Shown: piece by piece, positions 34,445 through 46,062 of the stretch
Position numbering within the stretch: position 1 is the first letter of the stretch
Layout: each line of letters opens with the position of its first letter
Source: Candidatus Dadabacteria bacterium
Lineage (GTDB): Bacteria; Desulfobacterota_D; UBA1144; Nemesobacterales; CSP1-2
Length of the DNA: 64,000 nucleotides
Reading direction: 5' to 3'
Assembly: GCA_963805855.1 (NCBI GenBank)
Contig: CAWDVW010000002.1
Location: 1 to 64,000 of the forward strand
Position numbers and translations under genes: made by a program
Notes under the pieces: model-generated
What the model saw: only the letters and a program-made list of their open reading frames with translations
Databases searched by the model: none
Told to the model about the DNA's origin: nothing

Positions 34445-35994
34445 CTAATTAATATTTACGAGTTTTACAAAATTTAAACTGAAACCACCAGTATCCATAT
34501 CTATCCGCATCACCTGTTCACCGCCATTCAATTCTACCCCTTCCACTGTAACTGTCTGCCAGTTCTGCTCTCCACCCGTATTAGGTACTGCTATTGCCCC
34601 AGTCTTATCTACTCCATCAAATCTGATTCGAAACACCTTTCCACTCTCCTCCGATGCCACTCGTGCCTCTATCCTGTAAGTGCCAGAGTTCATGATATTC
34701 ACCGTGTATTCAAGCCAATCTCCAGGTTCTGTCCCTTTAATGTTAAATCCACCCCCTACGTCGGTACTAACATCAAGATTCAGATCAGATGCATCTACCC
34801 GATATACTGGCCATGCTGTAGGAAACGTATTCTTGAAAGCAAAACCTTTACCTCCCCAGTCAAAGTCTTCCGCCTCAATCACTCCTGGAATATCTCTAGG
34901 TCCACCATTAAAAGGAGCCTGTTGTACTACTTCTCCACTATATGCAGCAGGGTCCGATAGAGCTGCCACCATTCTTCCGTTGCTATAGATTCACTAGCGC
35001 TAGTAACTACCAATGCACTACCATTAGGATCATCCTTAAAAGCAGGTACCTTCATGAATGGATTACCAAATGAGTTAGGTATATCTATCCAGTGACTGAA
35101 TGAAACCCTTTTGGTTGTGATCACATAATCAGGCCTCATTAAAGATATGGGAGCAGGACCATCTCCATCTATATCTCCAGGTAGATCAACACCCTGCTGA
35201 TCCTTATCAACCATAAAACGTTTCAGCTCATTTTCGGGTATTTCTGTCCCAGCCAACCTTGATTTTGTAACCTCTGGAGGAGAATGCGGGCTCGGAAATT
35301 GCACGTACCTAAATTTCTGAAGCACAATATAAGCAGCCCAACCGTCTAGCTTTCCGTTATAGTCATTCATATTGTCCTCTCTCCCAAGAACTGAAGCCAC
35401 CACTACTTTGTCAGCAATGCTATTATCCAATAGATAGGCATCCGCCACAGCGGTCAGTGGGCCCCCGGTTACTATAACTAAGGGTTTTTCTGCGGTTGTC
35501 TTATTAGCCTCTTGTACGATCAAGCAACTACCCGGGGTATCAATAGGTTCCGTATCCTCAATTACATCAGAGGCAGGATGCGCAAGTGGTCTTGCAGGGC
35601 CTGGAACCGGATCAAGAATATTAATCATCCCGCTGCGTCGGGCTTTGCCCACTATATCGTTGTACATAGGAGTGTCCCAGATGTCAGGGTCATCCAGTCC
35701 CCCACCTCCCGCATCCGGAACGATCCCTACTAGATTAATGTCTCGAGCACTGGCCAATGCCATGAGATACTCTAATGTGTAAGTATCGATATTCCCGTCA
35801 TTGGTGTGTATGACAGGACTAGTGTTATCGTATGGTAATAGCATAGCGCTTGGTGTCGGAGTAGAGACTGGAGAGGGTTCCAACTTTGAACTATCTCCAT
35901 TGTTATCTGCTCCCCCGCTACACGACATTAACATAACAAACAGTTGAATTAAAAAGATAACTTGTTTAATCCGAGCCATGATAAATCTAATCAT
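34445..35994 (-). CDS. Lipoprotein with a nucleoside-hydrolase-like domain and a C-terminal CBM6-like module (one gene split by a frameshift near 34965)
   Basis: Lipobox LMSC, VIHTNDGNID, LVIVTGGPLTAVADAYL. The C-terminal part has IEAEDFD..GDWLEYTVN..YRIEARVAS..TGGEQNW..LNFVKL. Confidence 0.7.
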
Positions 35995-36475
35995 TGAAAG
36001 ATGGCGAATGCCATATTTAAAGTTCTTGCTTTTAAGATAATAATTTAGGGCATCCGGAAATTAATTTGATAAAAAAACAAAATTTAGTTAATGATCCTTA
36101 GATTCCAATGACTTGTCGGGAGAGCACATTACTCCCATCGAATTCCTTTTAAATTAGCTTTGGAATATTGCTGGCTTAAGTTCATCGAATTTAACTCAGT
36201 ACACCACTTTCATAAATCAATAGTACGGCCAGCATTGCTGTATGAAATTAATATACTAGCAAGAACTACTTTAATCTTGCAGTTTCAGCTTCCGATAAAT
36301 GTAAAACCTCATAGTTTTTGGAAGGTTCAGATAGCTTCATTTATTTAGTTCATACATTGATTTCGAGTTAGCCAAACCTTTAGTTAAATTGGAACAAGGT
36401 TAATGTTTTTGTTTGACGATTGGCTTAGTATCTTAGGTTGTTCCAAGTCTTGATAGTCAAACTAAAACGCTGCAT

Positions 36476-37412
36476 TTATCTCAGCTGAAATTGAGTATAC
36501 AGCTTTCCCAATTTCGATACATGCTCAAATGTGTTCTCGTACACATAGTTCTGAATAAAGGGATATTTTGTACGATCACGCTTGAACACAGCAAATATAA
36601 GGCCATTGACTAACGCCAGGATTATCCTAATCGAACCCTTAAATAGTTCGCGATGGCTGATTACACGTGAAGTGTTATCAAACACACGATGGGTATAACC
36701 ACCTTCTGAAAATCGTTGGCGCATAATCCAACGTAGTGTCATCCTTCACTTTGTACCAAGTGATATACATACAGATTAGGGTCATAGTAAACTAGTTGAT
36801 CTGGCAAAGCACTACCTATCAACTTTAGGAGCGCAGCTTCTTCACCATAAGCAATTTTCTCTCCGCACATACCTAAGTCAGGATCAAATCCCCCCAAGGC
36901 TTGAAGCAACTTAGTGCGAATAACCATATTCATTCCATATATATTTATGCATTCTTTCCCGTTCAAAATTCGAGCTTCTTTATATGGCTCGTGTGAACTA
37001 TAAGAATCCTTGTACCACAGTGGCTTACGTGAGTTGTAAAAGCTATAGGACGGGCCACCAAATACATCCGGTGCTAGACGTTCAATTATATCCTTGGCTA
37101 CGCATAACCAGTGTTTGGGCGCCTTACAATCATCATCAATATAGGCTACATATTCTCCACGTGCTTTTTGAAAACCTGAATTTCGCGCGTATGAGAGCCC
37201 TTGGCGGAGTTCTAAATAATAGCGTACATTAGCATAGTGGTTACAAAATTGCTGCGCTACGGCACGAGTTTCATCTCTGGAATTGTTGTCTACTACTAGG
37301 ATTTCGTAAGCCCGTTTATCCATGCTCTGTTCGCAGAGCGTTTTAGCACTCCGGTCAGCAGGTCTGAGCGATTGTAGGTGCAGACCACTACGCTTATTAG
37401 TGGAAGGCTCAT
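36476..37412 (-). CDS. GT2 glycosyltransferase, frameshifted
   Basis: ISVVVCTYNR, ILVVDNNSRD, GLSYARNSG, YIDDD and GGFDPDLG..GEE. Confidence 0.85.
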
Positions 37413-38529
37413 GACACCCCTATACTCTGAAAGATTTCGTTGAAACGATGAACATACGTGTGCTCGCGTAAAGTCCGTTGAAAGCCAGCTTCCGCGATGG
37501 CTGCCCTCTCATCTTCGTGTTGTAGGTAATACGAAGTTTTATCTGTCAGGTCGTCCACATCTTTGTAGGTCGTAACTTCCCCGCCCATTTCATAGTAGTC
37601 TGCAAGTCTTCTACTTGTTCTGTAGAAGGAAGCCACCACAACCAGGGATTTCAAAGTTTCTTCCCTTGATTTGCTGAGGATGCTGCTCGGGAGTGATTTT
37701 GTTGTGAGGTGAGATCGCCGGGATACGTACAAAAGATGCGAACTTCGATAGCCACCGCCTACAAGTTTTTTCCTGCTTTGATCCAAATGGTATGGCATCT
37801 AAAGAGCGAGATACCCGTCTTCGAGCAATTTTTCCTCTCCGCGATTGATACGGTAACACCGGGCACGAAGCGTTGGAAAGGTTAAGGTTCATGCGGCTCT
37901 GATTGAATACCTGGATCATTTCTTCTTGTGACAAACAGCCTAACTCCCAACCATTTCCCCACACACGAACTCGAATGCCTCCATTTCGAAGCGACTGAAC
38001 AACTCTCGCCGGTTGCTATGCGGCTGGCCAACAAAAGTGACATCATACTTGAATGGCAAATCTAGCCTTTCGTATAAATAATGGTTACACGCCCACTGAC
38101 TCTTGATGACATTATAGTATCCCGTCCGTGCACCTTTCGGCAATGCATTTTGATCCGTCGTGACCACCCAATTGAAGCACGGCGCCCAATAGCGAGAGTA
38201 GCTATCAAAGCGATAATGGTCGCTCACAAAACCAATTCAAGGTAATAGTCTCGGTGTACTCAGAAATCTCCCGCACAACACCAGGGTTAATCTGGTCCTC
38301 AAGTGCTAGAACCGTAAACATTAGGTCCGGTTTTTCTCCTTGTACTACCTCCAACAGGTGACGGTTCATCCAGTCTCGCCCGTGCTCGTGGACCAGCGTC
38401 ATAAAATCGAAGTAGAAGATGTCGTGACCCATAGTACGGAGACTATGGTAAAAGTTGTAGTGCTCGTAACTATAGCCTCGTTCGGGTTGACCGTAATCAT
38501 ATTTTAGAGCAACATATAATATATGCATG
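37409..38529 (-). CDS. CgeB-like (Glyco_trans_1_2) glycosyltransferase, frameshifted
   Basis: YDVTFVG, SRMNLN, QIKGRNFEIPGCGGFLL and IAEAGFQRTLREHTYVHR. Confidence 0.85.
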
Positions 38530-38611
38530 TAGTTCACCTCGAAGCTCTGGACAAGCACGATCGAAAATGATTGCGAAAATCTCTGCACTTTTCGCGTTTA
38601 TCTGTGGCACC

Positions 38612-39270
38612 TTAAGGTCGACTTTTCCAAGCCGTTTGATCCACGAAAATCGAATTGATGTATCTGTCACTAAAAACGAAATAACCCTTTGAAAGCATAT
38701 AATCGATCGTATCAGCTATGTTTACCAGTATCTTATCTTCTGTACAAGTCACGGTCTCAATGCAAAAAATCTCTGGTCGGAACGGACCGAAATCAGTTGT
38801 CTTTAATATTTCTGTTTCTAATCCCTTAACATCTAACGATACAATATTAGGACAATGGTCGCACTGTTGCTTAATTATATTATTAAAAGAGATCAAGGGA
38901 ACTTGGATCGACTGTTCAGTCTTAACTGTGCCATAACTTTGATAGCGTTCGCTTTTTTCCTTGGCAAAAGTGTTTAGTCTCTTCGTAATCATCACATAAC
39001 AATTAGCTTTGCTAAATTTGCCACTTCCTACGCCAACCTTTAAACAAATATCTCCTTCCCGCCTTGCGGTTATATGAGCAAAAAGTGTCGGATCAGGTTA
39101 TAAGCAAACCTTTTGACATCCTTTCTGGTAAAGTAAACAGGTATTACTTAGATTCATGGATGCTATGATCCTATATCGAGAGAAGATGGTTTGGAAATAT
39201 TTATAATGTTAAAAATATGGACGATGAGAAGGTTCTATCCACACTGAGACTTGCTTATCTGACGAACTTT
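38612..39270 (-). pseudogene. FkbM-family methyltransferase with in-frame stops in the 5' half
   Basis: Upstream remnants SQCG*, LDIGS*HP, YQKGC and PDP. Open part has SLDVKGLE..RPEIFCIET..INSIFV. Confidence 0.7.
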
Positions 39271-39325
39271 CTGATCTCAGTTACGGAAGGAGACTTATTC
39301 TATTCTTTTGGAAGAATAACTTACT

Positions 39326-40166
39326 CTAGAGCCAAAGTGCATAATGATGTATAGCTTTCTTCAAAAGGTTAACCAATTTCAAATGCATGCTCTGAACCCC
39401 ACAAGCAGTCCTGAATTTAAAAATAAACATCCGGATATTGATCCCCCTCGGTTCCGAGTTTTTCAGAACAAAAAGCGGCTGAAAATGCTCGCTGGCTTTT
39501 GGGCAACGTACACGTCTCGGGAATATGTCAAGCACTCTCCATCCGGACAAAAGCTTCGGAAGCCGAAGCGATCCGTAGACTCGATGAGAATTCCACACGA
39601 TTGTATCCGCGCCCAACGGAACGGCTAGAAAAAGTAGCCCCCCCCGGCTTGACTACCCCTTTCATTTTTGCCATTGCTTCAATATCTCCATAAGGGTTCA
39701 ATGGATCTCCATACCTACCCAAACCATCATGTTCGAAAGTAGAAATTGAAAAAGCTGCGTCGAATATTACGGGGTGTTCGGTGAATTCATCCACGGTCAT
39801 CGTTCTGATTCGTGGATCTTCCGAAATCACTCTATTGTAATCTATTGTGGTTGGCCTGCCACCGTAAAATAAGCAAATAGACTCGTAGAGAGGAAAAACT
39901 GATCCGATGACCGCCACTTCCATATCTCTAATAGAGTATTTATCTAACGCCTGATATAGCCATAAGTCTGTGTCACCGTAGTAATGCGTCTTTTTGTTCT
40001 TTATCCCATCAAGGTAGGAATCGATATCGGATTTTTTGAAAACGTTCTCATTTCCAGATGAACTGGTGTCATCAAGGTACCAATAATTAACGGGAATTTT
40101 TCCATTTAATGTATAACTATCTAACAAATCACCTGGAATCTGTTTTGGAGGAGACGCATTTTTCAT
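39326..40166 (-). CDS. DUF268-like SAM-dependent methyltransferase-fold protein, frameshifted
   Basis: VAVIGS..YESI, FDAAFSISTFEHDGLGRYGDPLNPYGD..VKPGG and NSHRVYG..RLPKLL. Confidence 0.75.
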
Positions 40167-40532
40167 GTTTTCTGAGAAGGGTTGAGTGGGATAGGCGCTT
40201 TAGCCGTAGACTAAAATATGTTTCTGCTCATGTGTACGAATTTGCTACCCACAAATTATTAAGTATAAGCCTTTGAGGTAAATTCTACCAGCTGATGTTG
40301 CGAAAATGCGAACACACAGAAACTTGTATTGTAGTATTCTTTGAAGAAATGTCCTATGAATTCATTCGCTTAGAATAGATTCAATCCAAAGAAGCCGCGT
40401 TTCTTGTTACCTTTTCGTGCTGAACGCATTTCAAGAAGTAATTACGGCAAGGTCAATCACTGCGGTCAGAAGGCTAAATCGATTTTAAATCGTGGCGATA
40501 CGCACAGATGTACCAGACAACCATTTAGAATC

Positions 40533-41315
40533 TTACCTCTTGCGTGCTCGAATGTGCAAACCATAGGTGAGCAATTGTTCTGAGCCGGCATTGTTCTGGG
40601 AGAGTCGATTCAAGAGCCCCAATACGATGTTTATACAATTTTTCTCAAGAAAGGTTGCGGCCATGCCCGAATAATCCATACCAATCTCGGGTAACCAGCG
40701 CAACGCCTGCGCCACCCAATCAAAATAATTACCGTTAAACTGCATATCCACGATCTCAAATCCTAATTCACCTAGCCAGTACTCATAGAAATACGGGCTA
40801 TAGCCAGTATAAAAAAAATGAGGAGAAAAATGGGTGAAAGAACAAAAGGGGGCAGTGATAATCAGCGTACCGCCGGGTTTAAGAAGACGCCTCAGTTCAT
40901 GTAAGGCAGCGACGGGATTAGGCAAGTGTTCAAGAACTTCAATGCACATCACTGCATCAAACGAGACATCGCGCTCGGGAATGTTCGTTATGTCGCATAC
41001 AATATCTAACTGCGACTGATTCCATCTTCTGGTTTGAAAGCCCACACCATCGCCCTGCCCATCATATTGGGCAAAATCCTGACTGACATAGTTCAGATGA
41101 GCACAAAAGCGCTTATATTGCAATTCCCCCGCTCCCGCATCTAAAATACGACTCCCGGCTGGGATCTTCGTTAGGGTCTTCTCTAACCAGACTTCGCGAT
41201 TTGCTACGTTTAATGTTCCACATTCTCCTCCCCTACCTGAGGTGAACGCGAGCAGAAGGTGTGTCGCTTTGCGTTTAAACTTGGTTAGAATATGGAAGAA
41301 CGGGTTATGGATCAT
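40533..41315 (-). CDS. Class I SAM-dependent methyltransferase
   Basis: ILDAGAG, FDAVMCIEVLEH and LKPGG. Confidence 0.9.
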   Translation of the reverse strand: MIHNPFFHILTKFKRKATHLLLAFTSGRGGECGTLNVANREVWLEKTLTKIPAGSRILDAGAGELQYKRFCAHLNYVSQDFAQYDGQGDGVGFQTRRWNQSQLDIVCDITNIPERDVSFDAVMCIEVLEHLPNPVAALHELRRLLKPGGTLIITAPFCSFTHFSPHFFYTGYSPYFYEYWLGELGFEIVDMQFNGNYFDWVAQALRWLPEIGMDYSGMAATFLEKNCINIVLGLLNRLSQNNAGSEQLLTYGLHIRARKR

Positions 41316-42082
41316 CTAAACATTGCATCTTTTGCAAGCTTCGAGATCATCTGCTTCAACTGAACTCGCAAATTCTGACCCACTAGACTCAAACCCTGAT
41401 TAATCAAGGTGCATCCCTGCTTAAATGAAGATGCGTTTAAATTTTTTACATACTCGTCCCATGCTTTCGTATTTATCTTTTGACAATATTCGGAAACGGG
41501 TCCTTTCGCATACTCAGGGAGTGCAATAATTAAGTCTTCAATTAGTACAACGTAATATTTGTGTGTCGAAGATTTAACTGCTTCAATTACCTTGTCAATC
41601 GATGGCCACTGCTCTATGTGATGAGGCATTGGAGGAGGCGAAGTGAACAAGCGTGCATCATCTATAAACAAAAAATGGGTATGTGTAGACTTGTTTATCT
41701 CACCGATTTCCTCAATAAGTGGACATTCATCATTCTCTCCGTAAGTTTGGCCACAACTCCAATGGCCATCTAACCAGAACATGGATGGACGCTTTAATTT
41801 TGGGACAAATTCTTTAAGTACAGACCTCGAATCGCCAAATATGAAGTTTACATTTTGCATGCTATCAAGTCTGGTCTTTGTTCGGTCATAAATCGCTTTC
41901 GAACACTCTACGGTTATAACATTGTCGAAGTTAGATGCTGCCCAGACAGCTGTGTTTCCATAAAAAGTGCCGGTCTCAATAAAGTCTCTTAATTTATATC
42001 TATCCCTAAGTTGCAGCATCAGCTCTTTAGGAGGTCCCATGGTCACTGATCTGGCATAATGGTGTATCGTTCTTTTCGTCAT
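41312..42082 (-). CDS. Methyltransferase-fold protein of polysaccharide loci
   Basis: FIETGTFYG, GDS, FWLDGHWS, CPLIEE and IDDARLF. Confidence 0.7.
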   Translation of the reverse strand: MTKRTIHHYARSVTMGPPKELMLQLRDRYKLRDFIETGTFYGNTAVWAASNFDNVITVECSKAIYDRTKTRLDSMQNVNFIFGDSRSVLKEFVPKLKRPSMFWLDGHWSCGQTYGENDECPLIEEIGEINKSTHTHFLFIDDARLFTSPPPMPHHIEQWPSIDKVIEAVKSSTHKYYVVLIEDLIIALPEYAKGPVSEYCQKINTKAWDEYVKNLNASSFKQGCTLINQGLSLVGQNLRVQLKQMISKLAKDAMFR

Positions 42083-43323
42083 AATACTGATACAGATTCA
42101 CTCATAGTGGATACTGACCAAGTTGGAAAAGGTTGGATCAATGCATTATTAGTAGACGCTCCCACAACAGTAAATACATAACTCTTTTCATGAAAGGCTA
42201 GGATATTATTAATCTCATCCTCTGAAAGAAATACAGAACATAAGTAATTAGAAGGTTTAAAAACCAATTTATTTATACAGAAGTCTATGTATCCAATACC
42301 AGAGAGCGAGGAAAAATTGTAACCATCTCGATTAGAATAACAAGAACAAATACAAATATCCGATGGACCGTAGATATCTACATGAAAGATAGGATTCGTC
42401 AAAGTTCTCATACAATCAAAATGAATCCTTAATTTAAAATAATCCCCGATATTAAAAATATTACAATTCCTGTCATTAGCGTTTAAAAACTCTATTTTAG
42501 TAACTCTTATGGCGGGGTCGAAATTCAACTGAATTCCAGTGTCTGTATAGTGATCTCTATCTTTGTTTAAGTTCGTCGTTTCATACCGATCACAAACACT
42601 CTGTGCTTCACCGGTTTCTTTCACACTCCCATTCTCTAGCCACAGACCTGTTTTACAAACATTCCTAATCGCTTGCATGCTGTGGCTAACTAAGACAGTC
42701 GTTCCACCGTTTTGCCTAAATTCGCTCATTTTTCTATGGCATTTTAATTGAAAAGCCAAGTCTCCCACCGCCAGCACTTCATCCACCAACATAACATTTG
42801 GCTCCAGATGCACCGCCACTGCAAAACCTAATCGTACCGCCATGCCTGAACTATAGCTCTGGACTGGCATATCTATAAATTCTTCAATTCCTGAGAAATC
42901 AATGATCTCATCAAACCTGCGATCTACTTCCGATTTTGGAATTCCCAAAACTGCGGCATTGACATATATATTCTCCCGACCGGTAAGTATCGGATTAAAT
43001 CCCGCCCCCAATGCAATTAAAGCTTGCATCCGGCCTCTAACTTCAATTCGGCCTACATCTGGTTTTATTAAGCCATTCAGCATCCGCAACACGGTGGTTT
43101 TACCTGCACCGTTGGGACCAATGAGACCCAAAGTTTCTCCACGCCTTAGTTCAAATGAAACATCCTTAACAGCCCAAAACTCTTCCTTACGTAAGCTCCT
43201 ATTACCGTTTCTGATTCCGACAAGTTCAGAACTTAAATCTTTGACACCATACCAGAGAGATCGTTTAAGGGTACGACAAAATTTCTTGCTTACATTTTCC
43301 ACTACAACTAAGGTATCCGACAT
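42079..43323 (-). CDS. wzt: Polysaccharide ABC exporter ATP-binding subunit with Wzt C-terminal domain
   Basis: Starts MSDTLVVVENVSKKF. GPNGAGKTT, YSSGMAVRLGFA, DEVLAVGD and a C-terminal extension. Confidence 0.9.
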   Translation of the reverse strand: MSDTLVVVENVSKKFCRTLKRSLWYGVKDLSSELVGIRNGNRSLRKEEFWAVKDVSFELRRGETLGLIGPNGAGKTTVLRMLNGLIKPDVGRIEVRGRMQALIALGAGFNPILTGRENIYVNAAVLGIPKSEVDRRFDEIIDFSGIEEFIDMPVQSYSSGMAVRLGFAVAVHLEPNVMLVDEVLAVGDLAFQLKCHRKMSEFRQNGGTTVLVSHSMQAIRNVCKTGLWLENGSVKETGEAQSVCDRYETTNLNKDRDHYTDTGIQLNFDPAIRVTKIEFLNANDRNCNIFNIGDYFKLRIHFDCMRTLTNPIFHVDIYGPSDICICSCYSNRDGYNFSSLSGIGYIDFCINKLVFKPSNYLCSVFLSEDEINNILAFHEKSYVFTVVGASTNNALIQPFPTWSVSTMSESVSVL

Positions 43324-44186
43324 CAGGCACTCATTCTCTCTATAATTATAGGTAAAGAGGTTCGATAAATTAGCCAGGCGATAAACACCCCGATTATCGT
43401 TAAACCGCTTACGATCAAAAATGGCTCTACATTTGTCAGAACACCTTTTGTAGCTAGATCTCGTGCACCTATGAGGAGAGGACTCACAGGATTCAGCGTC
43501 GCTATATGCGAAAAGGGAAAGGATTGAGGCGTAGGATATACGACCGGTGTTGCAAAGAACCATAATTGTATGCCGAACGTCAATCCAGAAGAAACATCAG
43601 TGAATAGCGTCCCAAGGGGAGTGAGGAGCAATCCGAGGGTCATCCCTAAAAGGATTAGCATGAGTATAGCCAGGGGTGTTAAAATTAGCCCCCAGGTAAC
43701 GTGAATTCCGAAATATACAAAAATACCCACAAGAATGACCAATTTTATACTCAGATTGAAAAGCATTTGATAAAATGCAGAGACTATGAGGGCTTCCCGA
43801 GGGAAGTTGATTTTGGCCAGCATGGCTTTTGCACTTCTGACTGAATTCAAAGGTCCGTTAAGGCTCTCGGAAAAGAGTTGCCATAGCGTTGTCCCGACCA
43901 AAACAAAAACTGGATAGGGTATATCGGTCTCTCCGAAATTTACAATTTTGTTTGATTGCAAAACTATAAAGACTAGTCCAGTTAGAATTGGTGGCAGAAA
44001 TGCCCAAAACACACCAAGAATACTCTGGCGATAGCGTGCAGAAATATCTCTTACAAAAAGCCGCCACGCCAACTCACGGCTGTCTTTAAGATCTTGCCAC
44101 ATAGAGGTCAAAAGAATCCCTGGAGTTCGTAACTGAGACTCTGGGGTATACACTACAACGGCTATCCTTTCAGTGTGATTGGTCAT
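43323..44186 (-). CDS. wzm: Polysaccharide ABC exporter permease
   Basis: RDISARYRQSILGVFW, KINFPRE, FFATPVVYP and LNP. Confidence 0.9.
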   Translation of the reverse strand: MTNHTERIAVVVYTPESQLRTPGILLTSMWQDLKDSRELAWRLFVRDISARYRQSILGVFWAFLPPILTGLVFIVLQSNKIVNFGETDIPYPVFVLVGTTLWQLFSESLNGPLNSVRSAKAMLAKINFPREALIVSAFYQMLFNLSIKLVILVGIFVYFGIHVTWGLILTPLAILMLILLGMTLGLLLTPLGTLFTDVSSGLTFGIQLWFFATPVVYPTPQSFPFSHIATLNPVSPLLIGARDLATKGVLTNVEPFLIVSGLTIIGVFIAWLIYRTSLPIIIERMSA

Positions 44187-44215
44187 GATCTAATATTTTG
44201 CTCCAACCAATTATC

Positions 44216-44779
44216 TTAGGGATTTGCGGCTTGCGTAATTCTGTAAGGCAACGTACACGGCATATATCCGAGCGACTTCAGTGCCACGATGATCTTCTCG
44301 ATGCTTTCTTCGTGGGTTTCTACATTGGTTTCAACTATGACTTCCGGATCATGTGGCTCTTCGTACGGATCTGAAATCCCCGTAAAATTCTTGATCTCCC
44401 CATTTAGAGCCTTTTTGTACAATCCCTTAACATCTCTTTCCATACATTCATCAACAGGGCACTTTACATAGACTTCAATAAACCTTCCAATCTCTTCCCT
44501 TGCTTTATCTCTTATCTGTCGATAAGGAGATATGGCACAGGTTATGGCAACTCCTCCAGACCTTGTAACAAGATTTGCTACAAACGATATTCTTCGTATA
44601 TTTTCATCTCTATCTTCCTTAGAAAATCCCAAACCCTTGGAGAGCCTTAATCTTACTTCATCGCCGTCTAGTACCTCAACATGAAAGTCTAACTTATTCA
44701 ACTCCGTCTCAAGCATCCTCGCAAGAGTGGATTCTCCTGAACTAGGTAAACCAGTAAACCAAACAGTGAAACCTTTCAT
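44216..44779 (-). CDS. cysC: Adenylyl-sulfate (APS) kinase; Walker A Lys reads as Glu
   Basis: [40 protein letters not shown] and [11 protein letters not shown]. Confidence 0.9.
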   Translation of the reverse strand: MKGFTVWFTGLPSSGESTLARMLETELNKLDFHVEVLDGDEVRLRLSKGLGFSKEDRDENIRRISFVANLVTRSGGVAITCAISPYRQIRDKAREEIGRFIEVYVKCPVDECMERDVKGLYKKALNGEIKNFTGISDPYEEPHDPEVIVETNVETHEESIEKIIVALKSLGYMPCTLPYRITQAANP

Positions 44780-44914
44780 CGTAACGCTCCTTTAACCAGT
44801 CATATTAATTCCGAAATCGTTAACATTTTGAAGGTTCAATTGCGATCGTAAAGTTAACTTGGAATAGATAACAGAAGAACTTAAACATCAATAAGTCTGA
44901 ATTTAAATTCTTAG

Positions 44915-45643
44915 TTATACATAGTCGTTTGTTTCCAAATATTTTAACACTTGCTTAGCTGCTTCTTGAATGGGTTGATTTTCAATATCAATTCTTATTT
45001 CTGGGTTCTTAGGTTCCTCATACTTGATTGATACCCCGACGAAATTATCCAGTTCCCCACTCATGGCTTTATCATATAAGCCTTTGTTATTATTATTTCT
45101 TATACAATAATCAACCGACGCATTTATGTATATTTCGATATAAGTTTTTAGGCTATCACGTAAATAATTTCTAGATTCTTCAAAAGGACTTTCAAATGAA
45201 CCCACAACGCTGGTGTTATTATCCTCAAGGATCTTAATCAAGCTCCCAATCTTTTTGATATGATCTTTTCTATCCTTAGGTGAATACCCAATTTCTGGAA
45301 ACATATCGCGTATTCTTCTGCCGTTAAAATACTCAGCCCTTATTTTTCTCTTAAGAAGATGCTCATAAATGGCCTGTGAAAGTTCGGATTTTCCACAACC
45401 CGATAGGCCAGTAAACCATAATACCAAGGGTTTTTTATCTTCAATGCCAAAATCAGCTTTTGTCCAGATCCTTTCATGGATGTAATACACTAACATTTTT
45501 AGAATAGCTTCAATTAAACCAATTTGAACAGCTATATCTACTCTTTTCGTAATAGCAAAGGCGACTACCATAGTGGTGAAGGTGGCGGTAAGTCTCCATG
45601 ATAGAGTCTTTAACAAGGTCCTTATTTTGGTCTCTATCCGCAT
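44915..45643 (-). CDS. DUF2061 membrane domain fused to a divergent APS kinase domain
   Basis: RTLLKTLSWR..YYIHERIW, then WFTGLSGCGKS..KGLY..YEEPKNP. Confidence 0.8.
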   Translation of the reverse strand: MRIETKIRTLLKTLSWRLTATFTTMVVAFAITKRVDIAVQIGLIEAILKMLVYYIHERIWTKADFGIEDKKPLVLWFTGLSGCGKSELSQAIYEHLLKRKIRAEYFNGRRIRDMFPEIGYSPKDRKDHIKKIGSLIKILEDNNTSVVGSFESPFEESRNYLRDSLKTYIEIYINASVDYCIRNNNNKGLYDKAMSGELDNFVGVSIKYEEPKNPEIRIDIENQPIQEAAKQVLKYLETNDYV

Positions 45644-45834
45644 CGTATAATTTTACAATCTCTTTCCGAATTTTTATCTGCATTCAGCACCTGTATATAA
45701 GGGTTCGGCTCGTTCAACTCATTCTCGACCATCCTAGTAACAGTAGAACCTCCTGAAGTAGGTAGACCGGCGAACGGAATTTTAAAATCTTTAAGGTGGA
45801 ATGAATCCCCAAGCAGCAAGCTGCAGTGTATCAT
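45634..45834 (-). pseudogene. Degenerate 5' fragment of a third cysC copy
   Basis: FKIPFAGLPTSGGSTVTRMVENELNE..QVLNAD aligns by eye with [32 protein letters not shown]. Confidence 0.6.
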
Positions 45835-45949
45835 AAGAGAAACTGAAAGTCTCAGATGTCATGGCGAGAGACTTAAAAGTCTCGATGCAATCTCCTTCGG
45901 CATTGGCAGAGAGTTTTATGATCCATTCCATTATGGCATTTACCCAGCA

Positions 45950-45982
45950 GATTGCTTCGCGATAAAAACTCCTCGCAATGAC
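45950..45982. repeat. REP-like palindrome
   Basis: GATTGCTTCGC...CTCGCAATGAC, with related copies near 48723 and 53719. Confidence 0.6.
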
Positions 45983-46062
45983 ACGATTGCGGAACGCCTA
46001 TAGCAAGCTATAGGGGATTTGCTCGTTAATCGGCTACTAATTTCGAATTTTATGGACAAATT

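Noticed and set aside
43324-43563. 80-aa N-terminal extension of Wzt in the ORF track
   Set aside because: It overlaps wzm in another frame. The natural start MSDTLVVVENV at 43323 is coupled to the wzm stop.
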